Origin: Macrostomum lignano
Taxonomy: Eukaryota
NCBI GenBank assembly: GCA_002269645.1
Contig: NIVC01000808.1
Location: 124,001 to 188,000 of the forward strand
Length of the DNA stretch: 64,000 nucleotides
Reading direction: 5' to 3'
Shown: piece by piece, positions 47,732 to 61,142 of the stretch
How positions within the stretch are numbered: the first letter of the stretch is position 1
Layout: each line of letters opens with the position of its first letter
Made by a program: the position numbers and the translations under genes
The notes under the pieces: model-generated
What the model was told of the DNA's origin: nothing
The model's input: only the letters and a program-made list of their open reading frames with translations
The model's database searches: none

Positions 47732-48585
47732 CGAGGGGCGTCCGGAAAGTAGTGTTACTTTTGCTTGGTGTGGACGTATGGACAGTCACACTTGCATGTG
47801 CTTGGTGTCATTTGAAAGCGGCAAGTCTCTTCTTTAAAATGACACCAATTGCAAGAGATTTAGATCTGTGCTTCAAGAGATATGGACGATTAAGTAGAAA
47901 AAGGTCAGTCATAGACTTACAGAACCTCAAAAATGTCAACAGAAAACTTTTACGAGTTTATCGATTTTTTCGTAATCATGGGCTGTCTATGGCCAAATGT
48001 GATGCAGTGAACGAGAGGGGCTGTCTCATAAAACTACAAGACTTGTAAAACTGCTTCTGCTGCGCCTGCAAAGTTTATTGACATTCAATTTTCAATTGTG
48101 AACTGCAAATGGATGTGCATTCAAATACTGGGCAGCGACATGCCATCTTTACACTTTGGAGCTCCGGAACCAAATCGGCTGACATCCACAGGCAACTTTG
48201 CACAGCTCATGGCGACCATGCTGTCAGCAAGATGACAAGTCTGCCAACCGATGAATGATTTTAATGTTGTTCGCTTGTGTGATAATTTGCTTGTTATCTG
48301 TTTCACCTGCTTCTGAACTGTACTGTTGTGTTTTTTGCTTTTTCTGGAGTAATTACGCTCGTGATAAAAGTTTTCTGTTGACATTTTTGAGGTTCTGTAA
48401 GTCTATGACTGACCTTTCTCTACTTAATCGTTCATATCTCTTGAAGCACAGATTCAAATCTCTTGCAATTGGTGTCATTTTAAAGAAGAGACTTGCCGCT
48501 TTCAAATGACACCAAGCACATGCAAGTGTGACTGTCCATACGTCCACACCAAGCAAAAGTAACACTACTTTCCGGACGCCCCTCG
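47732..48585 (+). mobile_element. Mariner deletion derivative with ~221-bp TIRs
   Basis: TA|CGAGGGGCGTCCGGAAAG...CCCCTCG|TA. TIRs at 47732..47952 and 48365..48585. Internal ATG 48109 gives MDVHSNTGQRHAIFTLWSSGTKSADIHRQLCTAHGDHAVS, a mariner HTH start. Duplicated at 57629..58482. Confidence 0.9.
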
Positions 48586-48800
48586 TAGAAAATACTAATT
48601 GCAACTATGTGTTCTTGCCTATGACTTTGCCTATGGTATGAGGTCCCTGTTTTAACAAAACTCTAATGCATATATTATAAAAAATCAATAGACTAAACTT
48701 CCATTTCACCAACTGTCGATATATGTTACAATACTTGGTGCAGTAGTCTTACAATGCTACTGGAGCTTATAGAATATGACATCAAATTTCTAATTCAGCC

Positions 48801-49298
48801 ATGGTGAAGGGAGACAAGCGCAAATGGAAGGAGGGCTTCTTTGAGAAGCTCACCGCTTTGCTCAGCGAATACTCTAAGACCTTCATTGTTAGCGTTGACA
48901 ATGTCGGCTCCAAGCAGATGCAGCAGATCCGGCAGTCAATGCGCAATGAAGCCGTGATCCTCATTGGCAAGAACACCATGATCAGGAAGGTGGTCCGGGC
49001 TATGCTAGACGACCATCCCACCCTGGAGAAGCTGCTGCCCCACATCCGGCTGAATGTTGGCTTCGTGTTCACCAACCAGGATCTGAACGAGGTGCGCAAG
49101 AAGATCGAAGGCAATCAGGTGGCCGCCCCGGCCAGGGCCGGCTCCATTGCACCCTGCGACGTAGTGGTGCCCGCCCAGAACACCGGCCTGGGACCTGAGA
49201 AGACCAGCTTCTTTCAGGCGTTAAACATTCAGACTAAGATTACGCGCGGTACTATTGAAATCTTGTCCGACGTGCCGCTGATTAAGAAGAATACTAAG
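48801..49298 (+). CDS. RPLP0: 60S acidic ribosomal protein P0 (uL10), coding exon 1, copy 1
   Basis: Encodes [16 protein letters not shown]...GKNTMIRK...GNVG-like LNVGFVFT...[13 protein letters not shown]. Donor AAG|gtaagc at 49298/49299. Confidence 0.97.
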
Positions 49299-49394
49299 GT
49301 AAGCAGTGTCTAATAGGGACTTGGGTTTAAGCATCCGCCAGGTATTTATTTGTAACCACGCGACCGTTAAGGCTACTACTTAGGATACAGGCTA

Positions 49395-50073
49395 CGGATA
49401 CTGATTGTCATATGGATATTTGGGAGATACTGATTATGATTAGCCAAGGGATATTTGGTGGCTACAGATTGGCTGAGAGATATTTGCGGGTACTGATTGG
49501 CTAAGGGATATTTGGGGGATACGGATTGGCTGAGGGATATTTGGGGGATACGGATTGGCTAAGGGATATTTGTGGGATTACTGATTGGCTAAGGGATATT
49601 TGCGGGATACTGATTGGCTGAGGGATATTTGCGGGATACTGATTGGCTGAGGGATATTTGCGGGATACTGATTGGCTAAGGGATATTTGGGTATACGGAT
49701 TGGCTAAGGGATATTTTCGGGATACTGATTGGCTGAGGGATATTTGCGGGATACTGATTGGCTAAGGGATATTTGGGGGCTACGGATTGGCTGAGAGATA
49801 TTTGGGAGATACGGATTGGTTGAGGGATATTTGGAGGATACAGATTGCTGAGAGATATTTGGGGGCTAATGATTGGCTGAGGGATAGTTGGGGGCTACGG
49901 ATTGGCTAAGGGATATTTGGGGGCTACTGATTGGCTGAGAGATATTTGGGGGCTAATGATTGGCTGAGGGATAGTTGGGGGCTACGGATTGGCTAAGGGA
50001 TATTTGGGGGCTACTGATTGGCTGAGAGATATTTGGGGGCTACTGATTGGCTGAGGGATATTTGGGGGCTACG
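49395..50073. repeat. ~29-bp minisatellite GGATACTGATTGGCTAAGGGATATTTGCG in the RPLP0 intron (also 59292..59973)
   Basis: About 22 copies, most containing (C/G)GATTGGCT or CTGATTGGCT. Confidence 0.93.
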
Positions 50074-50248
50074 GATGCAAAGTTCAGCGACTGTCTGAAC
50101 TCTGCTTAGCAGTTTCTTTTATCGTTCAATCGTGTTTTTAATTTTATTTCATCATTCAGTGCTCATCGGACTGCTCTATCCGATTTTTGAATCAAACTTC
50201 CCCAGCAATTTTTACCTATAGTTGAGACGTTCATCAACACACACGCAG

Positions 50249-50698
50249 GTCGGCCAGTCCGAGGCTACCCTCCTGAACATGCTGAAGATTTCGCCGTTCT
50301 CCTACGGCCTCAGGATCCGGCAGGTGTACGACAACGGCAGCGTGTTCGGGCCACAGGTGTTGGACATTCGCGACGAGGACATCGTGACGAGATTCTTGGC
50401 TGGCAGTCGCCGAGTCGCCGCCCTGTCGCTGCAGCTGGGCACCCCGACTCTGGCCTCGGCGCCTCATTCAATTGTCAACGCGTTCAAGCGTTGCCTAGCG
50501 GTTGCCGTGGAAACCGACTACGAGTTCCCGTTGGCCAAGACTGTCAAGGAGTATCTGAAAGATCCCAGCAAGTTTGCCGCCGCCGCCCCGGCCGCCGCTC
50601 CGGCCGCCGCCGCCGCTGCCCCGGCCGCCAAGGAGGCGAAAAAGGAAGAGAGCTCGGAGGAGTCGGACGATGATATGGGAATGTCGCTGTTCGACTGA
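50249..50698 (+). CDS. RPLP0: RPLP0 coding exon 2, copy 1
   Basis: Acceptor cgcag|GTC. Encodes [21 protein letters not shown] through the P-protein tail [17 protein letters not shown]. Total about 315 aa. Confidence 0.97.
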   Translation, partial: VGQSEATLLNMLKISPFSYGLRIRQVYDNGSVFGPQVLDIRDEDIVTRFLAGSRRVAALSLQLGTPTLASAPHSIVNAFKRCLAVAVETDYEFPLAKTVKEYLKDPSKFAAAAPAAAPAAAAAAPAAKEAKKEESSEESDDDMGMSLFD

Positions 50699-51404
50699 GC
50701 GACTCGAGATTGATAGATCTTTGATATTTACAGTCTCTTTTGCTTTCTTGGGGCCTGGAGCGATTAAGAAGCGTCTGAAAAATACAAAATTAAAGATGGC
50801 TTCTTTGGATTGAAATGTTCCTCTTGTCTTTGTTTTTTTATAGTTTTTCTTATTTGTGTCTTTTTTAGGGCTTTTTCAGCTAGTTTTCTACTGGTGTCGA
50901 GTAGTAGTGTAGTACTGAATGAAAACAATTAAAAAAGCAAATGCGTCAGCGCAAGTCAGTTTTCAGCTGACCAATCGATCCATGCTTGATTGGCTAATCA
51001 GTTTTCATGCTTGACGCAGATTAACTGGAAGTTAAAAAATCACCCGTCATGTGTTTGATTTGGCTGTACTGTGACGGGATCAAAGGCTTCCAACAGGATT
51101 CTGTTAGTTCTTGGAACTTAAATTGGTATTTCTAGTACAGTTTTCTCATAATCCTTCCTCAGGGTTTTCGGTTCATGGGGTTAAGAATGAACAGCAAGAA
51201 TTTAACTCGATGTTAAACACACGTGAACGCAAGACGGTCAAAAACTCAGCCTAAGGGACAGGCCAATCTAGCCCAGCCAATGAGAGAGCAGTAAGGAGAG
51301 AGGTTAAAGTCAGACGGACGAAACTCAATTTAGGGGACAGACCTAATCTAGCTCAGCCAATGAGAGAGCAGTAAGGAGAGAGGTTATTAAAGTTAGACGG
51401 ACGA

Positions 51405-51514
51405 NNNNNNNNNNNNNNNNNNNNNNNNNNNNNNNNNNNNNNNNNNNNNNNNNNNNNNNNNNNNNNNNNNNNNNNNNNNNNNNNNNNNNNNNNNNNNNNN
51501 NNNNNNNNNNNNNN
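51405..51514. other. Assembly gap (110 N)
   Basis: Run of N exactly between the two duplicated blocks. Confidence 1.
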
Positions 51515-54500
51515 TGTGACTTGTGACTAGACTTTTCTATTTGTTTTTGCTTTTTTGCTAGAAGGCATTGCATTTAGCATCCTTTAATAAATCAATTTCA
51601 ATTTATTTACCACTAGAAAGTAGTAATTGACCTTGGCTTAGACTTTAACCTTTTGATTAAAAAAGGGGCCTAATCTTGACATGGCAATTTTAAAATGGAA
51701 ACTTGTATAGAAATTTTTTGTTAGGCCTTCTTCAACAATATAAGTCAAGACCTTTTTAGGAAGCCAATTGCCTCTTACATGCAAAAACTTTGTCTTTGTT
51801 TTACATGTCAAAAGGGGAATACAAACCTTGTCCTACACCTATTGTCTTTTACTGTCTTTTAAATTCTATTTATATTATAGCATATAAGTCTTGGTTATAT
51901 TCTTGATATTGGTTGATTTAATATGAGGGTTATCAGAAAAGTTCTGTGTATATTGTAATAACTTGAGAACAATAAACAGTACAGAAACATGAAAAGTTAT
52001 AAATGTCTTCCTTAATATCTATTCATTCAAAGTATGAGCCCTCTGCTTCAATGCACTCTTTCCTATGTTGCATCAGCCTGTCAATGCTTGCAGTCATGTC
52101 ATTGTTTGTCACGGTGGCAATGCCAGCCTTGTAGGCCTGATTCACATCTTCCTCTGTGCTAAAACGTTGGCCTCGCATCAACTCCTTGATGTGAAGGAAG
52201 AGGAAAAAGTCACTTGGACTTAAGTTGTAGACCCTCCTAGTCGAAGAAAGTCACATGCATGACCTTCAGCTGGCCAATGCTCCAGATAGCCTTTTGAGGT
52301 CGCAGAGAACCTAGCCTGCACCATATGGCACTCGTCCACTTCAATTCCACCTCCTAAGAATATGCCCAGGTTTCATCCTGCCAATACCGCAGTAGGTTGG
52401 ATATGCACATAGTGACCCGCCGAGCCCACTGATTGTCAATGAGCAAATGTGGCACCCACTTGGCATAGACCTTGCACATCCTAAGGTCCTTGGTCAGGAT
52501 CTTGTGGACTGAGTCGTGAGACACCCCTATGGCATCAGCCAGCTACCTGGTGGTCAGTCTCTAGTCTTGTAGCACAGTTGCCTTCACCTGACTCACCAGG
52601 CTATCAGTCTGAGCACTTTTTGGTCATCCACTATGTGGCTTGTCATTGAGGTCTTTTTGCCATTGTAAATGGCAATAGCCCAATGGTAAATTGTTTCATA
52701 ATATAGACAAAAGTCTCCTATATGGTCTGTTGCATTTCTTCTAAAATCTCAGTTGCTAAATTGAAAAGACATAAAAATGCTCCTGAAAGACATAAAAATT
52801 GATGATTGCTCGATTTTGGCATTTAGAAAACTCTCTTGTAGGACAGAATGTGCCATGGGTATAGTTGAATAATTATTGCTACACAGGCTAGAAATGATCT
52901 GGTGCTCTAAAACTGAAGCTAGTGACTCTATATATGTACATATCTATGGCTAAAACCCCAACTCTTTAGCTATTCAGAGAATAGCTCAAATAGAGCTGAG
53001 CTATTTTCTAATATACAGAACTTTTCTGACAATCCTTGTACCAGTTCTGTGGCTTGTCTACAATTTCATCAAACACTATCTAAGTAGTAATAGCACTCAC
53101 TTGCTTGATTGAGCTATAGGCTGTTTATGCTAAGATTCTAAGGCAATTAAATCCTTGGCTTAAGTTGGATGATCTATATTTACTATAATCAATAATATTC
53201 TACTAATAGAAAATCTGGCAACCATTGTTTTGCAATGCACTAGGTCTAATCTCTTTGAAACTGTCTTTTGTGCCTCTGGATCTAATAGTAGTTTATTCCT
53301 AGTTTCAATGTATTTAAAATAGGCAATGTTTGTAACATGTTGGATCTTGAAGTTGTTGGCATAATGACCTATCTAGAACATTGTCCAGCTACATTAGATT
53401 GGGAATAAAGGTTCTGAATCTAATTTATTCTCATTGACTCTACAGTCAAATTTTTTTCTAGAATTCAATGGTAGCTTTCTATGCCAATCCATATTGTTTT
53501 CATTTTTTGCTTATATACCTTGAACTCTTCTTCCTGATTTTCTAGCCACTATTTAGCTTTGCTAATAGTTGCATCATTTATGACACTGTATAAAATGTTC
53601 TGAAAGTGACTTTTCTGTTGAAATCAAAATTCAAATCAAAATTTGCTACTTTCTAAAATTGAAATCAAAATTTTCCAAAATTGAAATTCAGAAAAACAAA
53701 GTTTAGCATGACCAACACTCACTTTTTACTTTTGATTTATTGCTCATGCAAAACAAAATACATGTATATATAGTAGAAATTCCATTCCATTTTTGGAACT
53801 TGGAATTTTATTAGGCTCAGAAAAACAAAAGTAGCCACAATTGCCAATACAATTGTTTAGCTATCTTTAACCATTGTAATAAGTTTTGTTGCTTTATCAA
53901 GCAAATTAAACTATTTATTGTTCTTTATGCAAATCTGAAACTTTCTTATTTTGTAGAAGATCAAAATCAAGCTTGTTGCATAGCTTTGCATTATAAGGCT
54001 TCTTCACCTTCTGGCCATAGGTTTTCACTAGGAATTTTATGTAATCCTCAAATTGAAGGTAATAAGTTAACTCGTATTCACAGATCTCTTCAAAGCATCA
54101 AGCTCAAATGAATAAAACTAAGGTGCATCAATGAGTTAAGATAGAAGGGGCCTCCTGACTATGAGTAGAGACCTTCTTTCAATGATCTTGTTCAGTTTGT
54201 CACAATGATTCTGATTCAAAAAGTCCAAAAAGCATTGAAACTGCACTCTTTGTACATTTGCCTGATCATTTCAATCAGCCAATCAATTATACTTTTGCAT
54301 AGCCCTAAGCCTTTATATCTTTGCAGCCAAGTACTATAATTATTAATTTCTTTTTCTAATTTTGTCATCTTATTCTTGTTGGCAATGGCCTCTTTCAGTT
54401 CAACAAAGGCCTTCTGTTTGGCCTTTAGGAACTTTATGAATATGTTCAAGGTGCTACCATAGAGCCCCTTTCAAATATAGAAGGTTGCACTCTGGACATT

Positions 54501-57500
54501 GGACCTTTGTTGGGCATTTGTCAAGTGGAAAAGTTTCTTGTATATGCAGCTTGATTTTTTTAGTCAGCAAGTCAATTGAGTTGCCACTCAGCAAATCCTT
54601 GTGCAACTCCTATATGTGCTGACTAAGTTGCAAACCAATAATGCCATGTTGCAGCTCTGTCTTGCCTTTTTTCAAAAAGGACATACTTTTTTCCTGCTTC
54701 TTGCTGTTCTCGACAATTTCTCTAGATCTCTATCTTCATTGACACTAATAGCTGCAGACATAGATGCATGTTATAGATAATGAAACTCTAGCAGCCTAAG
54801 AAGTGACAATTGCCAAAACAGAAAATGGAGTAACAATACTCAGTTTCTAAATCTTTTTGGTCTGTTTTATCCCAAAAAACTTTGCCATAAATTTCAACTG
54901 AGTAGCTAGCCAGCCAGTCATCTGCTTTTGTAGATGAAGGTATAGTGTGGTAAAGTTCAGCAAAATTGTTGACAGCTTTAAACTTTTTATTCTTTTAGCA
55001 AGACTGTTACTTTGTGGCAAATGCTAGGGTTCAAACAAGTACTTGAATTTGTTAAGTTTTGAGCCAAATACTTAAGCCTTTTGTGAAAAACTTGACTTTG
55101 CCAAGTTGGGATTAGGGAGAAAAGTAGGGTTGATTCAAGTTTTTTAGGACAAAGGGTAATGCCATAGTTAAAACATTTTTTATGACTTTGATTAAAAGAA
55201 AATGAAAATACAATTCAGTTTATAAGTCTTGAATGTATTCTAATTGTTATTAAATGAGTTAAAATTATGTTTTTTATTATTTCAGTTTTCAGATAGCATT
55301 GGCCATGCCTATTGATAGCTATAATTAGCTATAAATATTATAATAAAATTATTAGAGTAATAGCATTGCATTGTTGTATGCAATTGTAATGCATTGTTAA
55401 CACAAGTAGTTTTATATAATGAATTTTTTTTGGTACAAGATCTTTTAATTCCTAGAGTAGACCCTAGTTCCTTTATTATAGCTTCTAAACTAAAGCCACT
55501 TTTACAAATTTCAATATAAAATTTTGGCAGATAGAAATTATACACAACATTCTATATAAGAATGTTGAGTAAGTCTAAGTATTCCATATCAAATTGTTGC
55601 ACTAGCATATATATTATTAACTTAAATAATGGGCATAGATATAAAAAAGTCTAATTTCTATGGTCTTTTAAACATAAAACATTTTTTCTTCATTGTCCTA
55701 ATTTGCATAAACAAAATTGGTAGATATCAGCAATCAGCATACAAAAAAGAGTTTTAACAAAGTATATTTTTGTATATTTTGAGCACCCTGTGTCTATTGT
55801 ATTCTCTGCATGGTCCATATTTCTATGAAATGTATCAAGTTGACAAATAGATACAGGTCTAAGCATGTACTTTCAAAGTGAAGCCCTAGCATACACGTGT
55901 AACTTCCTGAATTTTATCTAGCTGGTGAAACATAATTTACCATGAAAATATTATATGTATGTCTAAAAAGTACTCATATTTAGTTATATATGTAATTTAA
56001 ATCTTTTTTTCTCTTTCGCATCAATTGTTTAATGCTCCATCTGTCTTTGTTTTTGTAATATATTGTGGATAGGTATGTACGAGTACTCGTATATTTTCAT
56101 GTTTTTGTATTGTGTACTCTTTGGTTTTTCAACATACCCCTGCCTTGGCTGGGAGTAGGACGTTTGCTTGCCGAAGTTTGCTTGCAGGAAATTTGCTTGC
56201 AGGAACTTTGCTTGCAGGAACTTTGCTTGCAGGAACTTTGCTTGCAGGAACTTTGCTTGCAGGAACTTTGCTTGCCGAAGTTTGCTTGCGGAATTTTGAT
56301 GTCTGCTTCCTAGAATTTGCTTGTTTTGATTGCTTGTGAAGTTGGTCAGTCAATTATTACTTACTACAGTCTACAGATGCTTTGCAAATGGATTCTTATC
56401 AGCATCAACGTAAACTAACTTGACACTAAGCTTTCAAACTAGGCTTACAGAGTTGCATTCTAAGAATTAAGTATACAGAAATGATTAGAGATTTAGTATA
56501 GGTAAATTGGAATCGGTAACAGTATAAATCTTTGTAGTTCCTGATTTCAGCACGATTGAGCAGGTATGATAATTGTAGTGATGCTAATGTACAATAATGC
56601 ATATACTATTGATAATTAGTATATAAAAATGTAAACGCACTTGGACTGGCGGATTTGCACGAGTACAAGTGTCGTGTACTTGTCACCGAGGAACAAAAGT
56701 TAAAATAGATTTGTAGAACCGAAAGTTCCGTGGAGTTTCGAAAGTTTCTGCGTTATGGCTAAAATCATAACACTATATAGGCGACTTCCATGAATCTTAG
56801 AAACTGAAAATTAGAAATACAAGAGCTCAAAAATACGTTCTTAAGGTTCCGCAAGAAAGCTTTTCCTGGCAAACCTCGTCAAGCAAAATTTCTGCAAGCA
56901 AACTTCGGCAAGCAGACTACGGGAAGCAAAAGTTCGGCAAGCAGACTACGGGAAGCAAAAGTTCGGCAAGCAGACTACGGAAAGCAAAAGTTCGGCAAGC
57001 AAAAAGTTCGGCATGCAAAGTTTGGCAAGCAGACTTCGGAAAGCAAAAGTTCGGCAAGCAAAGGTTCGGCATGCAAAGTTTGGCAAGCAGACTTCGGAAA
57101 GCAAAAGTTCGGCAAGCAAAAAGTTCGGCATGCAAAGTTCGGCAAGCAGACTTCGGAAAGCAAAAGTTCGGCAAGCAAAGGTTCGGCATGCAAAGTTTGG
57201 CAAGCAGACTTCGGAAAGCAAAAGTTCGGCAAGCAAAAAGTTCGGCATGCAAAGTTCGGCAAGCAGACTTCGGAAAGCAAAAGTTCGGCAAGCAAAGGTT
57301 CGGCATGCAAAGTTTGGCAAGCAGACTTCGGAAAGCAAAAGTTCGGCAAGCAAAGGTTCGGCATGCAAAGTTTGGCAAGCAGACTTCGGAAAGCAAAAGT
57401 TCGGCAAGCAAAGGTTCGGCATGCAAAGTTTGGCAAGCAAAGTTCCTGCAAGCAAACTTCGGCAAGCAAACTTCTCGCAAGCGAATTTCATAGACCCGCC

Positions 57501-58697
57501 TTGGCCACTGTCACCTGGGCTGGATCGTATTGGTAGAAAATGCTAGTTCTGTTTTGCTTAGGCCAATATTATTTAATTTATGTGCATCAGTTTGGCTATA
57601 TATATATATCATTATATGGCTATGAATACGAGGGGCGTCCGGAAAGTAGTGTTACTTTTGCTTGGTGTGGACGTATGGACAGTCACACTTGCATGTGCTT
57701 GGTGTCATTTGAAAGCGGCAAGTCTCTTCTTTAAAATGACACCAATTGCAAGAGATTTAGATCTGTGCTTCAAGAGATATGGACGATTAAGTAGAAAAAG
57801 GTCAGTCATAGACTTACAGAACCTCAAAAATGTCAACAGAAAACTTTTACGAGTTTATCGATTTTTTCGTAATCATGGGCTGTCTATGGCCAAATGTGAT
57901 GCAGTGAACGAGAGGGGCTGTCTCATAAAACTACAAGACTTGTAAAACTGCTTCTGCTGCGCCTGCAAAGTTTATTGACATTCAATTTTCAATTGTGAAC
58001 TGCAAATGGATGTGCATTCAAATACTGGGCAGCGACATGCCATCTTTACACTTTGGAGCTCCGGAACCAAATCGGCTGACATCCACAGGCAACTTTGCAC
58101 AGCTCATGGCGACCATGCTGTCAGCAAGATGACAAGTCTGCCAACCGATGAATGATTTTAATGTTGTTCGCTTGTGTGATAATTTGCTTGTTATCTGTTT
58201 CACCTGCTTCTGAACTGTACTGTTGTGTTTTTTGCTTTTTCTGGAGTAATTACGCTCGTGATAAAAGTTTTCTGTTGACATTTTTGAGGTTCTGTAAGTC
58301 TATGACTGACCTTTCTCTACTTAATCGTTCATATCTCTTGAAGCACAGATTCAAATCTCTTGCAATTGGTGTCATTTTAAAGAAGAGACTTGCCGCTTTC
58401 AAATGACACCAAGCACATGCAAGTGTGACTGTCCATACGTCCACACCAAGCAAAAGTAACACTACTTTCCGGACGCCCCTCGTAGAAAATACTAATTGCA
58501 ACTATGTGTTCTTGCCTATGACTTTGCCTATGGTATGAGGTCCCTGTTTTAACAAAACTCTAATGCATATATTATAAAAAATCAATAGACTAAACTTCCA
58601 TTTCACCAACTGTCGATATATGTTACAATACTTGGTGCAGTAGTCTTACAATGCTACTGGAGCTTATAGAATATGACATCAAATTTCTAATTCAGCC

Positions 58698-59195
58698 ATG
58701 GTGAAGGGAGACAAGCGCAAATGGAAGGAGGGCTTCTTTGAGAAGCTCACCGCTTTGCTCAGCGAATACTCTAAGACCTTCATTGTTAGCGTTGACAATG
58801 TCGGCTCCAAGCAGATGCAGCAGATCCGGCAGTCAATGCGCAATGAAGCCGTGATCCTCATTGGCAAGAACACCATGATCAGGAAGGTGGTCCGGGCTAT
58901 GCTAGACGACCATCCCACCCTGGAGAAGCTGCTGCCCCACATCCGGCTGAATGTTGGCTTCGTGTTCACCAACCAGGATCTGAACGAGGTGCGCAAGAAG
59001 ATCGAAGGCAATCAGGTGGCCGCCCCGGCCAGGGCCGGCTCCATTGCACCCTGCGACGTAGTGGTGCCCGCCCAGAACACCGGCCTGGGACCTGAGAAGA
59101 CCAGCTTCTTTCAGGCGTTAAACATTCAGACTAAGATTACGCGCGGTACTATTGAAATCTTGTCCGACGTGCCGCTGATTAAGAAGAATACTAAG
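58698..59195 (+). CDS. RPLP0: RPLP0 coding exon 1, copy 2
   Basis: Same translation as 48801..49298; donor at 59195/59196. Confidence 0.95.
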
Positions 59196-60149
59196 GTAAG
59201 CAGTGTCTAATAGGGACTTGGGTTTAAGCATCCGCCAGGTATTTATTTGTAACCACGCGACCGTTAAGGCTACTACTTAGGATACAGGCTACGGATACTG
59301 ATTGTCATATGGATATTTGGGAGATACTGATTATGATTAGCCAAGGGATATTTGGTGGCTACAGATTGGCTGAGAGATATTTGCGGGGTACTGATTGGCT
59401 AAGGGATATTTGGGGGATACGGATTGGCTGAGGGATATTTGGGGGATACGGATTGGCTAAGGGATATTTGTGGGATTACTGATTGGCTAAGGGATATTTG
59501 CGGGATACTGATTGGCTGAGGGATATTTGCGGGATACTGATTGGCTGAGGGATATTTGCGGGATACTGATTGGCTAAGGGATATTTGGGGTATACGGATT
59601 GGCTAAGGGATATTTTCGGGATACTGATTGGCTGAGGGATATTTGCGGGATACTGATTGGCTAAGGGATATTTGGGGGCTACGGATTGGCTGAGAGATAT
59701 TTGGGAGATACGGATTGGTTGAGGGATATTTGGAGGATACAGATTGGCTGAGAGATATTTGGGGGCTAATGATTGGCTGAGGGATAGTTGGGGGCTACGG
59801 ATTGGCTAAGGGATATTTGGGGGCTACTGATTGGCTGAGAGATATTTGGGGGCTAATGATTGGCTGAGGGATAGTTGGGGGCTACGGATTGGCTAAGGGA
59901 TATTTGGGGGCTACTGATTGGCTGAGAGATATTTGGGGGCTACTGATTGGCTGAGGGATATTTGGGGGCTACGGATGCAAAGTTCAGCGACTGTCTGAAC
60001 TCTGCTTAGCAGTTTCTTTTATCGTTCAATCGTGTTTTTAATTTTATTTCATCATTCAGTGCTCATCGGACTGCTCTATCCGATTTTTGAATCAAACTTC
60101 CCCAGCAATTTTTACCTATAGTTGAGACGTTCATCAACAACACACGCAG

Positions 60150-60599
60150 GTCGGCCAGTCCGAGGCTACCCTCCTGAACATGCTGAAGATTTCGCCGTTC
60201 TCCTACGGCCTCAGGATCCGGCAGGTGTACGACAACGGCAGCGTGTTCGGGCCACAGGTGTTGGACATTCGCGACGAGGACATCGTGACGAGATTCTTGG
60301 CTGGCAGTCGCCGAGTCGCCGCCCTGTCGCTGCAGCTGGGCACCCCGACTCTGGCCTCGGCGCCTCATTCAATTGTCAACGCGTTCAAGCGTTGCCTAGC
60401 GGTTGCCGTGGAAACCGACTACGAGTTCCCGTTGGCCAAGACTGTCAAGGAGTATCTGAAAGATCCCAGCAAGTTTGCCGCCGCCGCCCCGGCCGCCGCT
60501 CCGGCCGCCGCCGCCGCTGCCCCGGCCGCCAAGGAGGCGAAAAAGGAAGAGAGCTCGGAGGAGTCGGACGATGATATGGGAATGTCGCTGTTCGACTGA
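60150..60599 (+). CDS. RPLP0: RPLP0 coding exon 2, copy 2
   Basis: Acceptor at 60149/60150; same translation as 50249..50698. Confidence 0.95.
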   Translation, partial: VGQSEATLLNMLKISPFSYGLRIRQVYDNGSVFGPQVLDIRDEDIVTRFLAGSRRVAALSLQLGTPTLASAPHSIVNAFKRCLAVAVETDYEFPLAKTVKEYLKDPSKFAAAAPAAAPAAAAAAPAAKEAKKEESSEESDDDMGMSLFD

Positions 60600-61142
60600 G
60601 CGACTCGAGATTGATAGATCTTTGATATTTACAGTCTCTTTTGCTTTCTTGGGGCCTGGAGCGATTAAGAAGCGTCTGAAAAATACAAAATTAAAGATGG
60701 CTTCTTTGGATTGAAATGTTCCTCTTGTCTTTGTTTTTTTTATAGTTTTTCTTATTTGTGTCTTTTTTAGGGCTTTTTCAGCTAGTTTTCTACTGGTGTC
60801 GAGTAGTAGTGTAGTACTGAATGAAAACAATTAAAAAAGCAAATGCGTCAGCGCAAGTCAGTTTTCAGCTGACCAATCGATCCATGCTTGATTGGCTAAT
60901 CAGTTTTCATGCTTGACGCAGATTAACTGGAAGTTAAAAAATCACCCGTCATGTGTTTGATTTGGCTGTACTGTGACGGGATCAAAGGCTTCCAACAGGA
61001 TTCTGTTAGTTCTTGGAACTTAAATTGGTATTTCTAGTACAGTTTTCTCATAATCCTTCCTCAGGGTTTTCGGTTCATGGGGTTAAGAATGAACAGCAAG
61101 AATTTAACTCGATGTTAAACACACGTGAACGCAAGACGGTCA

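Larger units (their letters stand above)
41622..51404. other. Copy 1 of a ~9.8-kb near-identical duplicated block
   Basis: Matches 51515..61306 with offsets of about 9893-9902; the differences I saw are almost all 1-2-nt indels. Confidence 0.97.

Noticed and set aside
51343-51573. ORF containing an X run
   Set aside because: It spans the assembly gap.
58698-60599. A second functional RPLP0 paralogue
   Set aside because: The duplication spans all flanking DNA and straddles an N gap with an indel-only error pattern, so it is treated as a probable artefact.
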